Assembly (NCBI RefSeq): GCF_020740795.1
Contig: NC_067310.1
Location: 365,940-429,939 of the forward strand
Reading direction: 5' to 3'
DNA from: Apus apus
Taxonomy: Eukaryota
DNA length: 64,000 nt
The notes beneath the pieces were generated by a model. It had not been told where the DNA came from. It ran no database searches and saw nothing but the letters and a program-made list of their open reading frames with translations. This document shows positions 48,654-61,262 of this stretch, piece after piece; the first letter of the stretch is position 1, and every line of letters starts with the position of its first letter. Both the position numbers and the translations under genes were made by a program.

Positions 48654-48836
48654 TCAAAAGCGTTTCGAAAAGGCAGATATGGCCCTTCTCACAGCTCTCG
48701 CCAGGGGTACAAATGTTTCAACCACAGACAATAAATTATGAGTGATGCTGCCTTTTTCCTCCTCCAGCCTACGGGTCACCTGGCTCATGTGGTCAGCTCT
48801 GTCAAAGAAGCCCTCTTGTCTCAGTGCTCTCTCCTC
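48654..48836 (-). CDS. GBP: GBP copy 3 terminal exon
   Basis: Stop complement tca at 48654-48656; protein ends ...[10 protein letters not shown]. Confidence 0.8.
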   Translation of the reverse strand, partial: EERALRQEGFFDRADHMSQVTRRLEEEKGSITHNLLSVVETFVPLARAVRRAISAFSKRF

Positions 48837-51800
48837 CTGGGAAGACAGGCAGGTTGTCACCAAGGGCACAGTGCGTGTCGTGAGAGGGGCACAGAGCAAA
48901 GAAGCAACAAGAGGGACCCTGCTGGGACCCCTGTGCCATTCCTGCCTGCTGGCCACCCCTTGGCACCTTCACTTCCCTCCCTCCCCCACCGGTACCTCTA
49001 ATTTATGTCTGATTATCTTCTCCTGCTCCTCCAGCTGCTTCTTGTAGGAATCCTCCAGCTTCTTTCTCAGCTGACGCTCATGCTCGTTGGTTTTGCGTAG
49101 CTGGTCCTGCAACTTCTGCTTCTCTTCAGCCTCCTTCTTCCTCTGGACTTCCCTCTCCTGCTCAGCTCTCTCATTCTGCTCTTGTGCACCTGGTGACAGA
49201 GAAACAGAGGTGTTGCCAGGGCAGGAGCTGAGCCCGCAAGCCCCCGAGGAGTACTGCTGTCCCTCTCCATTGTGCTTGGCCCTCTACAGGCAGCGTCATT
49301 TCTCCAGCCCAGAAGTTACTTTTCATCTCCTTGTCCTTCTCTGTCAGGGAGCGGTCTGTGTTGCGGATGTGTTGGGCCAGAGTCTGTGTCCTTTGGAGGA
49401 ACTGCAGCAGGACAGCATCAGCCTGTAGGAGCCCAGGGAGAAGAGGAGTCAAGAGGGGAAGCAGCAGCTGGGGAGAACGGCGTCCTGGGGAAGGGGATGG
49501 GACATTGAGCCTTTTGCTCTTGAAGGAGAGCTGCTCTTGGTCCTACCTTCACTCCCTTGCCAGGCAGATCCCTGTACTTCTCCACCACTGCCTGCTGGTC
49601 TCCTCTGAACTGCTCGTAACCCCCTGACACGCTGTAGACACCATCACGGACTCGTTTGTCCAGGGCTTGGGAGAGGTCCGTGAGAGCAGCCTCACACTTG
49701 TCCTGGGATGCCTGCTCGTTGTCCATGGAGAACTTCACCTTGATGGCCTCGACCCGGCGCTGTGCGTGCAGGGGCAGAGGGAAGACACCAGCCCTGGCTG
49801 AGCTGCACCCACCGCGCTCAGGCAGGGCACACATCGAGCCAGGAGGACGTGGGAATTGGGATCTCCCGTCCGTGGGGTGAACAGCTGGGAGGGGACAGAT
49901 GGGGAGGGCATTGCACGCCCACGGACATCTCTGGCCAAAGGTGCCCAGGAGCAGGGGACAGGCCAGGGACCACAGGCTTCACAGCACCCAGGGACAGCAT
50001 TAGCAGGCAGGACAGGGGGAGCATGGAAGGCTGCAGCTTCCAGGCGGGGCAGAGCTGCAGCGGGGCTGCCGCAGGAGAGGGGCCAGGGCTGAGCTCCGTC
50101 CCCTGGCAGCACAGCTGCTGACCCTGGGAGAAGAGGGGGCACAGCAGGGACGGCTGCCAGACAGCCAGGGCAGGCGCTGGGGCCGAGCCTCCTCTGGAGA
50201 GGGCATGGCCTGTGTCCTCTGGCAGGAGGCAGGGAGAGCCCCCTGCCCAGGACCATGCCATGTTCCCAAAGCCAAGGGGATGACGGTGTCCCTGGGGGAA
50301 TTCTGGCTGGGCTGGGCACCACCTACCGCGAGCTCGATCTGGGCGTGCTCGATGTCCTCCTTGAATGCCCGTGCCATGAACAGCTCCAGGGCCTCCCGCT
50401 CACACTGGGCATGCAGCTCCAGCAGCTGCTCAAGAGTCTCCGTTGGCAGCTTCGCCCGCTGCTCCATCAGCTCCTGGTACAACCTCACAGCCTCCTCCAC
50501 CGCCGCCGCGTTCTCAGCCTTGGCCAGGACAAACACCGCGCTCTCCAGGCATGGCACTGCCCCGCTCCGGATGACCTCCAGGTAGGTCTCTGCCAGTTTC
50601 CCCAGCACTGCCAAGGAGGACCCAGGGCGAGAGATCTGCAGCCCCGACAAACGCAGGCACCCACCCAGCCCTGTCTCCTGCTGTACCCACGCTGCCTCCC
50701 TGCCCCAGGCCTCCTGAACTGCTTTTCCTAACTCTTTCCCACCACACCTGCAACGTCCCAAAGCTCCAAACCCCGGGGCAGGGACAGCAGGCAGGAAAAC
50801 ATCTCTCCCTTTCCCCACCCGCACCCTTGGCACTTGATCCTCCCCCAGACACAGTCCCAAGAGCCGCTGGCCACCCACCCCTTGGGCAGCAGTACTCACG
50901 GTTCCCAGTTACGATGTGGCCACCTGGGACGGTCTTAGGCGGAGACTTCTCCCAGATGTAGCTGCAGAACTTCTCTACCTGCTGCTGGAAATCAGGATCC
51001 AGCTCATCATCCGGAAGTTCCTCCAAGAGGGGCAGTTTCCTCCTCCCAGCTGGTTGGTCAAAAACAAAGCACTTGCGTTCCGGAAAGAACTGGCGGATGC
51101 ATTCCCGGGGATGGTTGTAGAGCTGGGTCTCGGGGCTGCTGCCTGGGGGGTAGGAGGACACGGAGCAGGTTCACAGGCTTGGAATGCTGTTGAATTATCC
51201 TGAAATGTGGCTGCTGAGTCTGGGGCTGGATGTCTCCAGCAGCACAGCACCACCCCCTTACCAGCCTTGAGCTTCAGAATGTCCTCCAAGTATCCATCCT
51301 CAGAGATTTCCTCCCCATCCACCTGCAGCTGCAGTGTGAAATCCCGGACAGCCCAGACAAAAGTCGGGAAGAAGCTGACAAATGTGTGGGAATCATCCAG
51401 CTCATCTTCACTCTTCTTGGGTGCTGCTTTCAACTTGATGCGCTCAGTCAGCTTTGTCACGTAGCTGGGGAGCTGGCTAAGGAAACAGGGACCTCAGCTC
51501 TGAATGCAGGGGCATTGCCATCCTGCAACCCTCAGCACGTCACAGGGAGGAGGGGAGACTCGGCGGGGACGCCGAACAGCCTGGACCCACCAGAAGGAGG
51601 AGGGAGAAAACCCCTCGGCCCTCAGGCCCACAGCATGGGGCTCCTAAGGTCTCCAAGCACATCCCTGGGCACGAGCAGAAGGTTCTGCAGCCCTCTGAGG
51701 AACTGGCATTTGCCAAGCCCTAGCCCACCACGCAGGGAGAGGAGGGCATCCCTGGTGCTCCTGTCCCACCAAGGATACTGCAGCTGGTCCATGGCGTTCT

Positions 51801-52714
51801 GGTCAATGGTGCCTTTGCTGTTGTAGATCATGGTGCTGGAGAGCAGCACGGTCAGCACAAAGATCCACGTGTCGTTCTTGGTGTCACTCTGGAACAACAA
51901 CCCTTGGCTCTGATCAACAAGGTCCCCCAGGTATGAGCAGAGCCCCAGATGCCCAGAGCCTGAATGCCCCTACACAACGGGCCATGGCAACACGCACCCC
52001 CATGCCATCACCATGCCTTGTCTGTAGCTGGGCTTGTCCTCAACTCTGAAGTCTCGGGGTCTACCCAAGTGCTCCCTGAGCCCCTCCTTCCTGTGCAACT
52101 GCTCTTTTCCAGAAATGCAGAGGGATTTGGAAACGTGCCTCCCCCAACCTCCTTCCTTGTGGCCTCTGGCCCATCCCAGCACACCGGCTGAAGGCCACCG
52201 TGAGCAGTGGGAACGCCTTGACTCTGGGCACCATGGCTGGGCCCCCAAGAGCTTCCTCCAGGTGCTGGGAAGCCACAAAGGCAGACCCTGCCTCTCACAC
52301 ACCTTCTTTGCGTCACTCAGCCCTTCACTGTCCAGCAGCACCAGAGTGTGTCCAGGCCGGCGGGGGTGACGTACACACCACATCCAGATACCTTTGGTCT
52401 GGGACTGCACGCTGGAGCCCAAGGAGAAGCCTGTGGGGAGGAAACAAGGCTCCCATCTGTGTCAGATGACGAGTAGGAGAAGCCAGGTTCCTTGGCCGTC
52501 CAGGGCAGGGACCTCCCTCACCTCTTCTCTCACCAGCCAGCCTGTTCATGAGGTAGGACTTGCCCGTGCGGTACGGCCCTGTGATGGCCACCACCACCAC
52601 AGGCTGGCTGACCTTGGACAGCAGCTGCAGGGCCTCCCTCTGGACCATCAGCCCCTTTGTCGGGCTGTTCTCAATGAGGCAGACAGGCGCTGGCATGTGG
52701 ACTGTGGATGCCAT
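48654..52714 (-). CDS. GBP: GBP paralog copy 3 (intact, inverted twin of copy 2)
   Basis: Reverse complement of copy 2 (coordinate sum 79146, or 79145 after a 1-bp intronic indel). The ORF-track proteins match copy 2, including the copy-2-type terminal exon. Exons, low to high: 48654-48836, 48996-49189, 49320-49422, 49547-49759, 50327-50607, 50900-51142, 51262-51464, 51779-51888, 52303-52430, 52534-52714. The ATG is the complement of 52712-52714. Confidence 0.88.
48996..49189 (-). CDS. GBP: GBP copy 3 exon 10
   Basis: Mirror of 29956-30149. Confidence 0.85.
49320..49422 (-). CDS. GBP: GBP copy 3 exon 9
   Basis: Mirror of 29723-29825. Confidence 0.8.
49547..49759 (-). CDS. GBP: GBP copy 3 exon 8
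   Basis: Mirror of 29386-29598. Confidence 0.85.
50327..50607 (-). CDS. GBP: GBP copy 3 exon 7
   Basis: Mirror of 28539-28819; acctac|cgcgag boundary checked. Confidence 0.85.
50900..51142 (-). CDS. GBP: GBP copy 3 exon 6
   Basis: Mirror of 28004-28246. Confidence 0.85.
51262..51464 (-). CDS. GBP: GBP copy 3 exon 5
   Basis: Mirror of 27682-27884; boundary cacgtag|ct checked. Confidence 0.7.
51779..51888 (-). CDS. GBP: GBP copy 3 exon 4
   Basis: Mirror of 27258-27367. Confidence 0.8.
52303..52430 (-). CDS. GBP: GBP copy 3 exon 3
   Basis: Mirror of 26716-26843; both boundaries checked in sequence. Confidence 0.85.
52534..52714 (-). CDS. GBP: GBP copy 3 exon 2 (ATG exon)
   Basis: cat at 52712-52714; donor complement ac at 52532-52533. 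Confidence 0.85.
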
Positions 52715-54173
52715 TGCTGACGGGAAAGGCGGCCTGCAGAGGAGAGGGCCAGAGGGGTTCACGTGGTGAGGACACCCCACAGTGCAGGCAGGGACAGGCA
52801 GGATCCTCCTAGGGCATCTTTGCAAGCAGACCACATTGTCACCAAGGTCCTGCCTCCACGGCTCCTCCTTTGGCCCCTCCCAAGCCCTGTGGTGAAGACA
52901 CTGATGACACTTGGCCAAGGGGCACGGCCCATCCCGTGTGTCCCACCGCAGGAATGGCTCCGCTCCTGAAGGCCCTGCGGGACAGTGGGAAACCTCTGCC
53001 CCACGTCCTGCTCATCACCAGCACCAAGTCTGCGGAGCAAATATGGGGGTGGGATGGGGCAATGGCCTCAGGCAGGGCTGAAGGGCAGGAGAAGGACTGG
53101 AGAGCCACAGCAGCACGGGCCAAGGGTTGGTCGGGCTGACACGGAACCTCAGGGGAGCTGCTCCTGAATTTCTCCCTCCCTTTCTTCCGCCCAACCCCAC
53201 CCAACCCCCGTCCCCCTCTGTGCCTCTCACGGGGACATCCCCCGCTGCCTGACCTTGCCCAGCTCCCATGCTGGTGTTACATGTAACATGGATTTGTGCT
53301 GGAAATGGTGTTGGGGTTGGTGGTCCCATCACCCTCAGCAGGGCTGACCCTGCGCCCAGCCCTTGTCTGCTCCTCACTCCCCCCGCCAGCCCCTGGGCTG
53401 GGGGTCGTGCTGCCTGAAACCCCAGCTGAAAACCGAGGCCCCCCAGCTGCACAGTCCCTGCCCCGCAGTGGTGGGGGGAGGGAGAAAGCCCATGCGTTGA
53501 GTTGACCACAGGTAATAACTGAAGGATAAGAAAACCATGATCTTAATAATAAAGAACATGTGACGACAAGGAAAATGGTGACAGAGAGAGAGAAACAAAA
53601 CCCAAGACAGACCTGTGATGCACAGGAGCTTCCGGCTGCTGTTCAACCACGACCAGCCCCAGCCACCCCCCAGCCCCCACCAGCTGCCCACAAACCCCAG
53701 GGAGGTGCAGGCAGCACAAGGGCTCATCCCATGCCCACGCTCAGCAGCTGCCCCACTGCAACGCCCGGGCAGCCCGGGACTCGCTCCAGCAATGGCGAGC
53801 TCCACGGACACTGCCCACTCCTGGGCTCTGCATCCTCTCCAGGGCCTCATCAGCCCTGCCCTCTTCCAGAGCATCTCGGGGATGGCACCAGGGGACAAGA
53901 GGCTGTGCCTCATGTCACGGGTGCTCCCAGCGCAGGAGGAGGGAGACGAGAGGTTGGGCATCAGGTCCAAGCTTAGGTGAGACCCAACTTGCACGCAAAG
54001 CCACGCGGGGTTGAAGACAGGCTCCCAGCCACCCGTTCCCCTTCTGCCATCCCAGAGCCTGAGCAGACCTCTGGAAGTCTCCCTCCTCCTGCCACCCGCT
54101 GGGGTCCCTCTTCCTCGCTGGGGTCCCTGTCCCTTCCCGGGGTCCCTTTCTGGGGTCAGGGAATGGGACTCAC

Positions 54174-54250
54174 CGCTGTCTTTGTCACCTTCCCTGGGCT
54201 GCAACAGCTCTGTGCAGCCGGCTCCTGCCCTGCCTTTTGTCCCGTGTCAG
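54174..54250 (-). other. Putative non-coding exon 1 of GBP copy 3
   Basis: Mirror of 24896-24972; donor complement actcac|cgctg. Confidence 0.35.
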
Positions 54251-54273
54251 AGGAGCCAGCCCCTCTCCTCCTA

Positions 54274-54310
54274 TTCCCGGAAATGAGGGTGAGTCAGAGC
54301 GAAAGTGAAA
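54274..54310 (-). promoter_or_regulatory. ISRE plus GAS module upstream of GBP copy 3
   Basis: ttcccggaa at 54274-54282 and gaaagtgaaa at 54301-54310. Confidence 0.55.
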
Positions 54311-55469
54311 GGGATAAGGATGGGAGAGGAAACGCCTCAGGCGCCTCAGCATCAGAGCACGAAAACTCGGAGCAGACCAGACAAAGATGGTTAAATAACT
54401 GAAGGTATGAGAATGAAAAACAAGAGCTGCAAAAGCAAAGCCTCAGCAGCTCCCACCCAGCTGCCCAGCCAGTTGGAGAGTGACACCTGCCTTGGGACAC
54501 ATTCCCCAACCCCTTCTTTGATCCCACTTTATTATTGCCCAGCATGACATCAGCTCGTGTGGAAGGATAGTGAGATACTGGAGCAGCTTGTGCAGAGAGG
54601 CTGAGGATGGCCCAGAGAGGCTGTGGATGGCCCCGAGAAGTTGGAGATGGCCCTGTATGATTTCTGAAGGTCCTGGATCCACAGTCCCCTCTTGCAGACA
54701 CTGTTCAGCTCTTGTTGCACCCATGTCCCTTGCACTGCCCTGGCACACAGACCTGCTCCTCTGCCCCCCCGCTGAACCAGCCTCACCCCCATCTCCCATG
54801 AGCAGCTCGTTTGCCCATCATCCCCTCCTGGACATGGCCCCGGCCCTCTTCCCCTCATGTCCTGGAGCCCTTGGAGATCCATCCTCCCCCTGAACATCCC
54901 AATATCCCCTTGCAGAAATACCAGCTCCCCGTTCCCCTCCTGTCCCCATCCTCCCCATTTTCCCTTGCCTGTTTCTTTCCATATTGTGTGGGCACACCCC
55001 TCTGACCAGGGGGTTGTTTACTTCATCCTTGAGTCTTCCTCACAGGAACCTTTGGCCGAGTTCTGTCTCTTCTCCCATTTCTCTCGGCTGACTCTGCAGC
55101 AGAACTGGTTACAGGAGGCATCCCTAGTCTCAGCTGAACGGCTTCTTTCTTCTTCAAGGACCCTTGTATTTCTTCCCTAAAACTCCAGACCAGCTCACAC
55201 AAAAGGCTTTCACACTCACTAGCAGTAGGCCCAGATGAGAGATTTACACCCTACAAGCAGTGAACTGTTTGAAGTCAGAGTTTGGGTAATGCTCTGTTTC
55301 ATGCAGCTGTCCACGATCACAAGAAATGCTTCTACAGATACATGAGCAGCAAAAAGAGGACTAGGAAGAATGTCCACCCTTTTTCAGATGCAGCAGGAAA
55401 CACAGTGATGAGGGGTGAGGAGAAGGCTGTCCCCATCCTCCCCATTTTCCCTTGCCTGTTTCTTTCCAT

Positions 55470-56300
55470 AATGCATGGAAGGAGAATTCGGGGACTTGCA
55501 GGCCTATCAGCCTGACCTCTGTGCTGGGGAATTTCTGGAGAAGATTATCCTGAGGGCCATCACACAGCACGGGTAGGACAAGCAGGTGATCGTGATCAGG
55601 CCCAGCCAGCATGGGTTCATGAAAGGAATGTCCTGCTGGACCAGCTTGCCCTCCTTCTATGACAAGGTGACCTGTCTCGTGAATGCACGAAAGGCTGTGC
55701 CTGTCATTTCCCTGGACTTTAGGAAGGCCTTTGACTCTCTTTCCCACATCATTCTCCTGGAGAAACTGGCTGCTTGTGGCTTGGGTGAGTGTTCACTTCA
55801 CTGGGTCAAGCATTGTCTGATGGCCTGGCCCAAAAAGTTGTGATGGATGGAGTTCAATCCAGCAGTGAACAATCACCAGTGGTGTCCCCATGGCTCGGTG
55901 CTGGGGCCAGTTCTCTTTAATGTCTTCATCAATGGTCTGGATGAGGGGATTGAGGGTACCCTCAGCAAATTTGCAGATGATACTAAGTTGGGTGGGAGTG
56001 TTGATCTGCCTGAGGGTAGGAAGGCTCTGCAAAGCAATCTGGACAGGCTGGATCCATGGACTAAGTTTAACAAGGCTCAGTGCTGGGTCCTGTACTTGGG
56101 TGCTGGTACAGTGGCTGGATATGAGCCAGCATGTGCCCCGCTGGACAAGAAGACCACCAGCATCCTGCCCTGCATCAGCATTAGTGTGCCCAGCAGAAGT
56201 AGGGCAGGGATTGTTCGAGGTGACACCTCGAACCCTGGGGTCAGGTTTGGAACCCTCATGACAAGGCCCAGGCTGCCGTTCTGGACTGTGACATAAGGCA
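55470..56300 (+). mobile_element. CR1 RT segment (contiguous)
   Basis: …HGFMKGMSCWTSLPSFYDKVTCLVNARKAVPVISLDFRKAFDSLSHIILLEKL…[44 protein letters not shown]…. Confidence 0.7.
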
Positions 56301-58157
56301 CAGGAGATGTTTCCAGCCACCCTGCCTGTGTTTCTGTCAGCGTTTGACTCAGGTCCGACAACAATGCTCTCGATCCCCTCCCCCTCCCACCCAGGTAGGG
56401 AAGGAGAGAGAGAAAAAGAGAGACTTGGCTGGATTGAAAACTAAACTACACAGCTTTAATTAAACACTAATGATATAAGAAAATATATACAATTATATAC
56501 AGATATGTTCAGGTATGTGCAAGAGCCTCTCGCCTCCCCCCCACCCCCAGCAACTCCCACCACACTCCCCTTGAGCTGGAACAGTTCCGAGAAAATCCCG
56601 GAGCTGCTGCTGGAGAAAGCGGAGAGTGATGAGGGTCAGGAGAGCTCGAGCCTAAGGGTCGATGGTGATGGATGGACAGAGCCCTCCCTGGATGCCGGCC
56701 ATGGACGGAAGAGAAGGGGGGAAGAAGAAGGAAGGAAGTTGTCTTCTGTGTTCTCTGACCTTCCTCTGAGCTCACGTAGATATATGGAACGGAATATCTC
56801 TGGCCAGTTTTGCTGTCTGTCTAATTCATCCTCCTACGGGGGGGGTCATAGATCTCCCCATAGTGTCTGAGCTGGCAGAGTGAAGGTGCGACCCTGAAGC
56901 CCCAGCAGTTAGAAAAACATTCCAATGTCTTATCAGCCTAGCTAGAACAGAATGTTGCTAGTTAAAAGAAAGCTTACTGAAGGAAAAAAAGTCAGTAAAA
57001 AGGAAAATTGGCTTCATCCTGGCTCAAACCAGGACAGTTTCCACAACTGTAAGCACACAGCGCTTACCCTGGAAGGTCCGAGGCAGTGTGATGCAGTCAA
57101 TTTGCCAGGCCTCCCCATACCTGCACTTTGACCACCTGCTCTCATACCACAAAGGTTTCAACCATTTCACCTGCTTAATTGCAGCACGTCTCACAGTCGT
57201 GGATCACCTGCTCAATAGTGTCCATGGTTAAGTCCACCCCTCGGTCACGAGCCCATCTGTATGTTGCATCTCTGCCCTGATGACCTGAAGTGTCACGGGC
57301 CCATCGAGCCAGAAAGAGCTCACCCTTATGTTCCCAGACCAAGTCTCTTTGGAACAGTTGAGCAGCCTCACCTGCTCGTTGGTTGTGTCCATGTTCCTCA
57401 GTGGCTCGACTCAGAGGCACGTGTGCATCTCCATGATGCACTTTTACCACCAGTTTCTCTATCCCAGCCGCAGTGTCTTTCCACAGGTCAGCAACCCAAA
57501 GAGGTTGACCTTTTCACTCCAGTTCTGCTGCCCCTGCTTTAGCCAACCCCACAGGGCATTTGCTGCCATCCACGAGTCAGTGTAGAGAGAGAGTCTTTGC
57601 CACCCCTCTCACTCAGCAGTGTCCAAAGCCAGCTGGATGGCTTTGAGCTCTGCAAACTGACTCGATTCACCTTCTCCTTTAGCTGCCTCTGCAACCAGTT
57701 GTGTAGGACCCAACGCAGCAGCTTTCCACTTTTGGTGGTTCCCTACAAGACAACAGGAGCCATCCGTGACAAGAGCAAATTGTTTCCCAGTCTCTGGTAG
57801 ATGAGCATATGGTGGAGCTTCTTGAGCCCGTCTCACCACTTCTTGTGGTGGCGTTCCAAAGTGTGTGCCTTCTGGCCAGTCTGGAATTGCTTCTACGATA
57901 CCTGGATCATTTTGGCTCGCTGGGTAATTAAAGCAGTCCATTAACTCCATGTAGGTGGCTTGATGAGTAGGAGAAACATTGTTCTTGGACACCCAGCCCA
58001 GCCCCAGCAATGGGGGCGCCGGGAGGAGCAGGAGCTGCACTTCAGTGCCGATCACTGCCGAAGCGGCTCTTACTCCTTCATATGCTGCAAGTTTCTCCTT
58101 CTCAGGTGTCGTGTAGTTGGCCTTGGAACCTCTGTAGCTCCGGCTCCAGAACTGTCG

Positions 58158-58808
58158 AATCATATAATGTCTTGGGTTGGAAAGGACCTCTAAAGGTTAT
58201 CTGGTCCAACCCCCCTACAATAAGCAGGGACATCTCACACTGGAACAGATTACTCAGAGCCCCATCAAGCCTGATCTTGAATGTCTCCAGGTGTGGGGTC
58301 CCCACCCCCTCTCTAGGCAACTAATGATCCACCACCCTCATACTAAAGAACTTTTTCCTAATGTCCAACCTAAATCTAGCCTCTTTAGTTGGAAAGCATC
58401 ACCCCTTGTCCTATAGTTACATGCCCTGTGAACAGCTCTTCCCCAGCCTTCTTATAGGCCCCTTTCAGGTACTGGAAGATCACTATATATATGGTCTCCC
58501 CAGAGTCTTCTCTTCTCCAGGCTGAACAACTCCAGCTCCCTCAGCCTGTCTTCCTAAGAGAGGTGCTCCAGCCCTTGAATCATTTTCTTTGCCTTCCTCT
58601 GGACATGCTCCAACAGGTCCACATCCTTCCTGTGTTGAGGGCTCCAGAGATGGAGCCAGCACTCCAGGTGAGGTCTCCCCAGAGCAGAGTAGAGGGGCAG
58701 AATCACCTCTCGAGCTGCTGGCCATGCTTCTTTTGATGTGGTTGGCCTTCTGGGCTGCAATTGCACATTGGTGGCTCATGTTCAGCTTTGGATCCACTAG
58801 TACCCCCT
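58158..58808 (-). mobile_element. CR1 3' portion (inverted, internally truncated copy)
   Basis: 3' end tcgaatcatataatgtcttgggttggaaaggacc plus the C-terminal part of the RT ORF. Confidence 0.7.
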
Positions 58809-59636
58809 TATCTTCCAGGGCTGGAGGGAATACCTGCTGATCCTAAAGGGCAAGGGTGGGAGCCGGAGAGCACTGCTAATGCAGCTCAGCAGCTGAGGAC
58901 CTGGTGCTGGCAGTGGGGTTTGGGGCTCTACAACAGGACCCTGCGTGCAGATCAGGGTCTACCAGGGAGAGACGGGATCCACCTCACCAAGGGGCAAGGG
59001 AATCTAGGGATGAGAGGGAGAGAGTATCCAGCAGCCATTTGAGGGAGTGAGGCAGAGGCAATGAGCACAGGCCCTGGGCTGATGTGACGGGGTGGCATCA
59101 CAAAACCGACCAACTGTACCTTAAGCAGGTCACCTCCAACACTTGTGTGTAAACAGGAAAGTGCCAACATGAGACCATGATGGAAAAGCCCCATAACCCT
59201 CTCCAGGAGCTCCAGGAGCTGGGGTGCCTCTCCCAGGGGTCTGTGCATTATTCCCAGCTAACAAACTGAAACAGACTTGCTTCTCAAGGACAACTGAACC
59301 CAAAACAATGGATGTGGTCTGGGACAGAAAGGATGGGTGACTGTCGCAAGCCGGTACCAGGGGGTGAGTGGCTGTCAGGATATTTTTATGACTAGCCCCC
59401 CCGATGTGGAGGGGTTTGTGAATAAGACCGTGGGTCACACGCGGCGCTGCCTTTCACTGAGGAACGGCCACCGCGGGGCCGTATTTCAGGGGGGTAGTTA
59501 GAAAGCACCCACCCCACCCCGTTCAGAAATTGCCTCTAAAACCAAAGTTTACTCCACTAATTAATTGGTTTCTTAAGGGTTAACACAAACTGAGGGATGA
59601 TGTTTGGGGAAAATGGAAATGTAAATGGCTACCAGG

Positions 59637-59694
<58 letters not shown>

Positions 59695-59696
59695 GA
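59637..59696. repeat. (GATA)n microsatellite
   Basis: About 14 perfect GATA units. Confidence 0.9.
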
Positions 59697-61262
59697 GATA
59701 TACAGTGAGAAAGTGTCCTTTAGGGAGGTAATGCAAAAGGTCCTGTGCTTTTGAGGGAGAATGTTGAGGACCAAAGGAAGGAGGGAAGGGCCCACCTGCT
59801 GCAGTTGCCACCTTTGATACCCCCTGACCCACCTGTCCAGTCAGTGTCACTGCCCAGAGCCAACGAGCGCCCATCAGCCCCACGTTAGGGCGGTGACTGC
59901 CAGGGGCACAGGGTGGCTTGTCGCCCATCCTTTCTGTCCCGGGCCACAGCTGTTGTTTTGGGTTCAGTTGTCCTTGAGAAGCAAGTCTAGTTTAGTCCCT
60001 TAGCTGGGGATAATCAGGAGAGGCCTTCGCTGGCTGAAAAGTCATTTTGTTTAGACTGATGTGGGGAAGAAAAGAACAGTTTCCCACATCTCACCCCGTG
60101 GCTTTTAAGGCAGCAAGGTGTAAAGTGAAGTTTTATGTGCATAAATACATTGTATCTGGATTCCTGCCCAAATCCTTCTCCTTCTCATTTGATCCTTCCC
60201 CTCCTTGAGTGTTAGCTGGAATATATATGTATGAACAAGGGAACAATTCCCATACTGTATAAGTATATACAATCATATGTCTAACAATCTAACATATCTT
60301 CAAAAGCTCCATGATCACTGATGATTACTAGTTTTAACAAATAACTTATACGCAGTACTAATAAAACATTGTAAACACTCAAATTTACAAATCATCTAGT
60401 CTAAACCACATTCTTACTAGCATGTCAGACTCTTATTATTTTTGGCAGTCATTAGATCGTTCAATTGTTATTCTTGAACCAGAAGAGAGCATTTATATTA
60501 TCATTCACCCTTGGATCCCGGCTGCAGTATCAGACTTGATCAGTGGGAATCTTGAGTGAAGTCATCTTGCTTGAGCACAGTTCATTCACGAAGGACATAA
60601 CGCTGGGTACACATGGGTACAAGACTAGGAATAGAATAATTGCAGTTATTATAAAACAAACTCAGTTTTCAATTCTATTGGAAAAATAAAAGGAAAATAG
60701 ATTATTTAGGGAATTCCCACATTTGAATCAAGTTCTTGTCACTTCAGTGAGTTCTGTAATAATGTTCTGAATTATTTCCATCCAAGATAATATATTGCAA
60801 ACAGCAACTCAAAGGCAAGTACAGAAGGAGACAATATTACAGAGCACCTTGTTTAGGCCATGGGGTGATCAGTCCCACAGCGGTCACCAAGTAACTCCTC
60901 CGGAGTCCAGTAGCAGGTTGATCAGGTGTGGTCCTGTCACCAGGATGTCTCTGGCTCTTTAAGCTGTCATGCTTTGCAATATATTGACTAACATCATTAG
61001 ACATAAATACACAGAGATACAAACATACATACAAAACCGAAACACCTGTTTACTCAACATGAATTATCCACCTTGTACTGATTTTATGTTGTTTGTCATT
61101 TAAATCAGATGCAACCCATGTATTTGAATTCACCGGTGTTTGTAAGGTGAGCTCAACCTTATCAATATTTGGCAAGTTTGCCAGAACAATATGTCCAGGA
61201 TGGAGAGGAGTTTTAGATTGCTTAAAAGACCTTTCATTTTTTCTGTGATCTTGAGTGGGTAA

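Larger units (their letters stand above)
44082..55000 (-). repeat. Palindrome right arm (contains GBP copy 3)
   Basis: Mirror of 24140-35091. The spacer is 35091-44082. Confidence 0.85.

Noticed and set aside
59637-59696. Cluster of GATA motifs as possible GATA-factor binding sites
   Set aside because: It is a perfect tetranucleotide microsatellite, (GATA)14.
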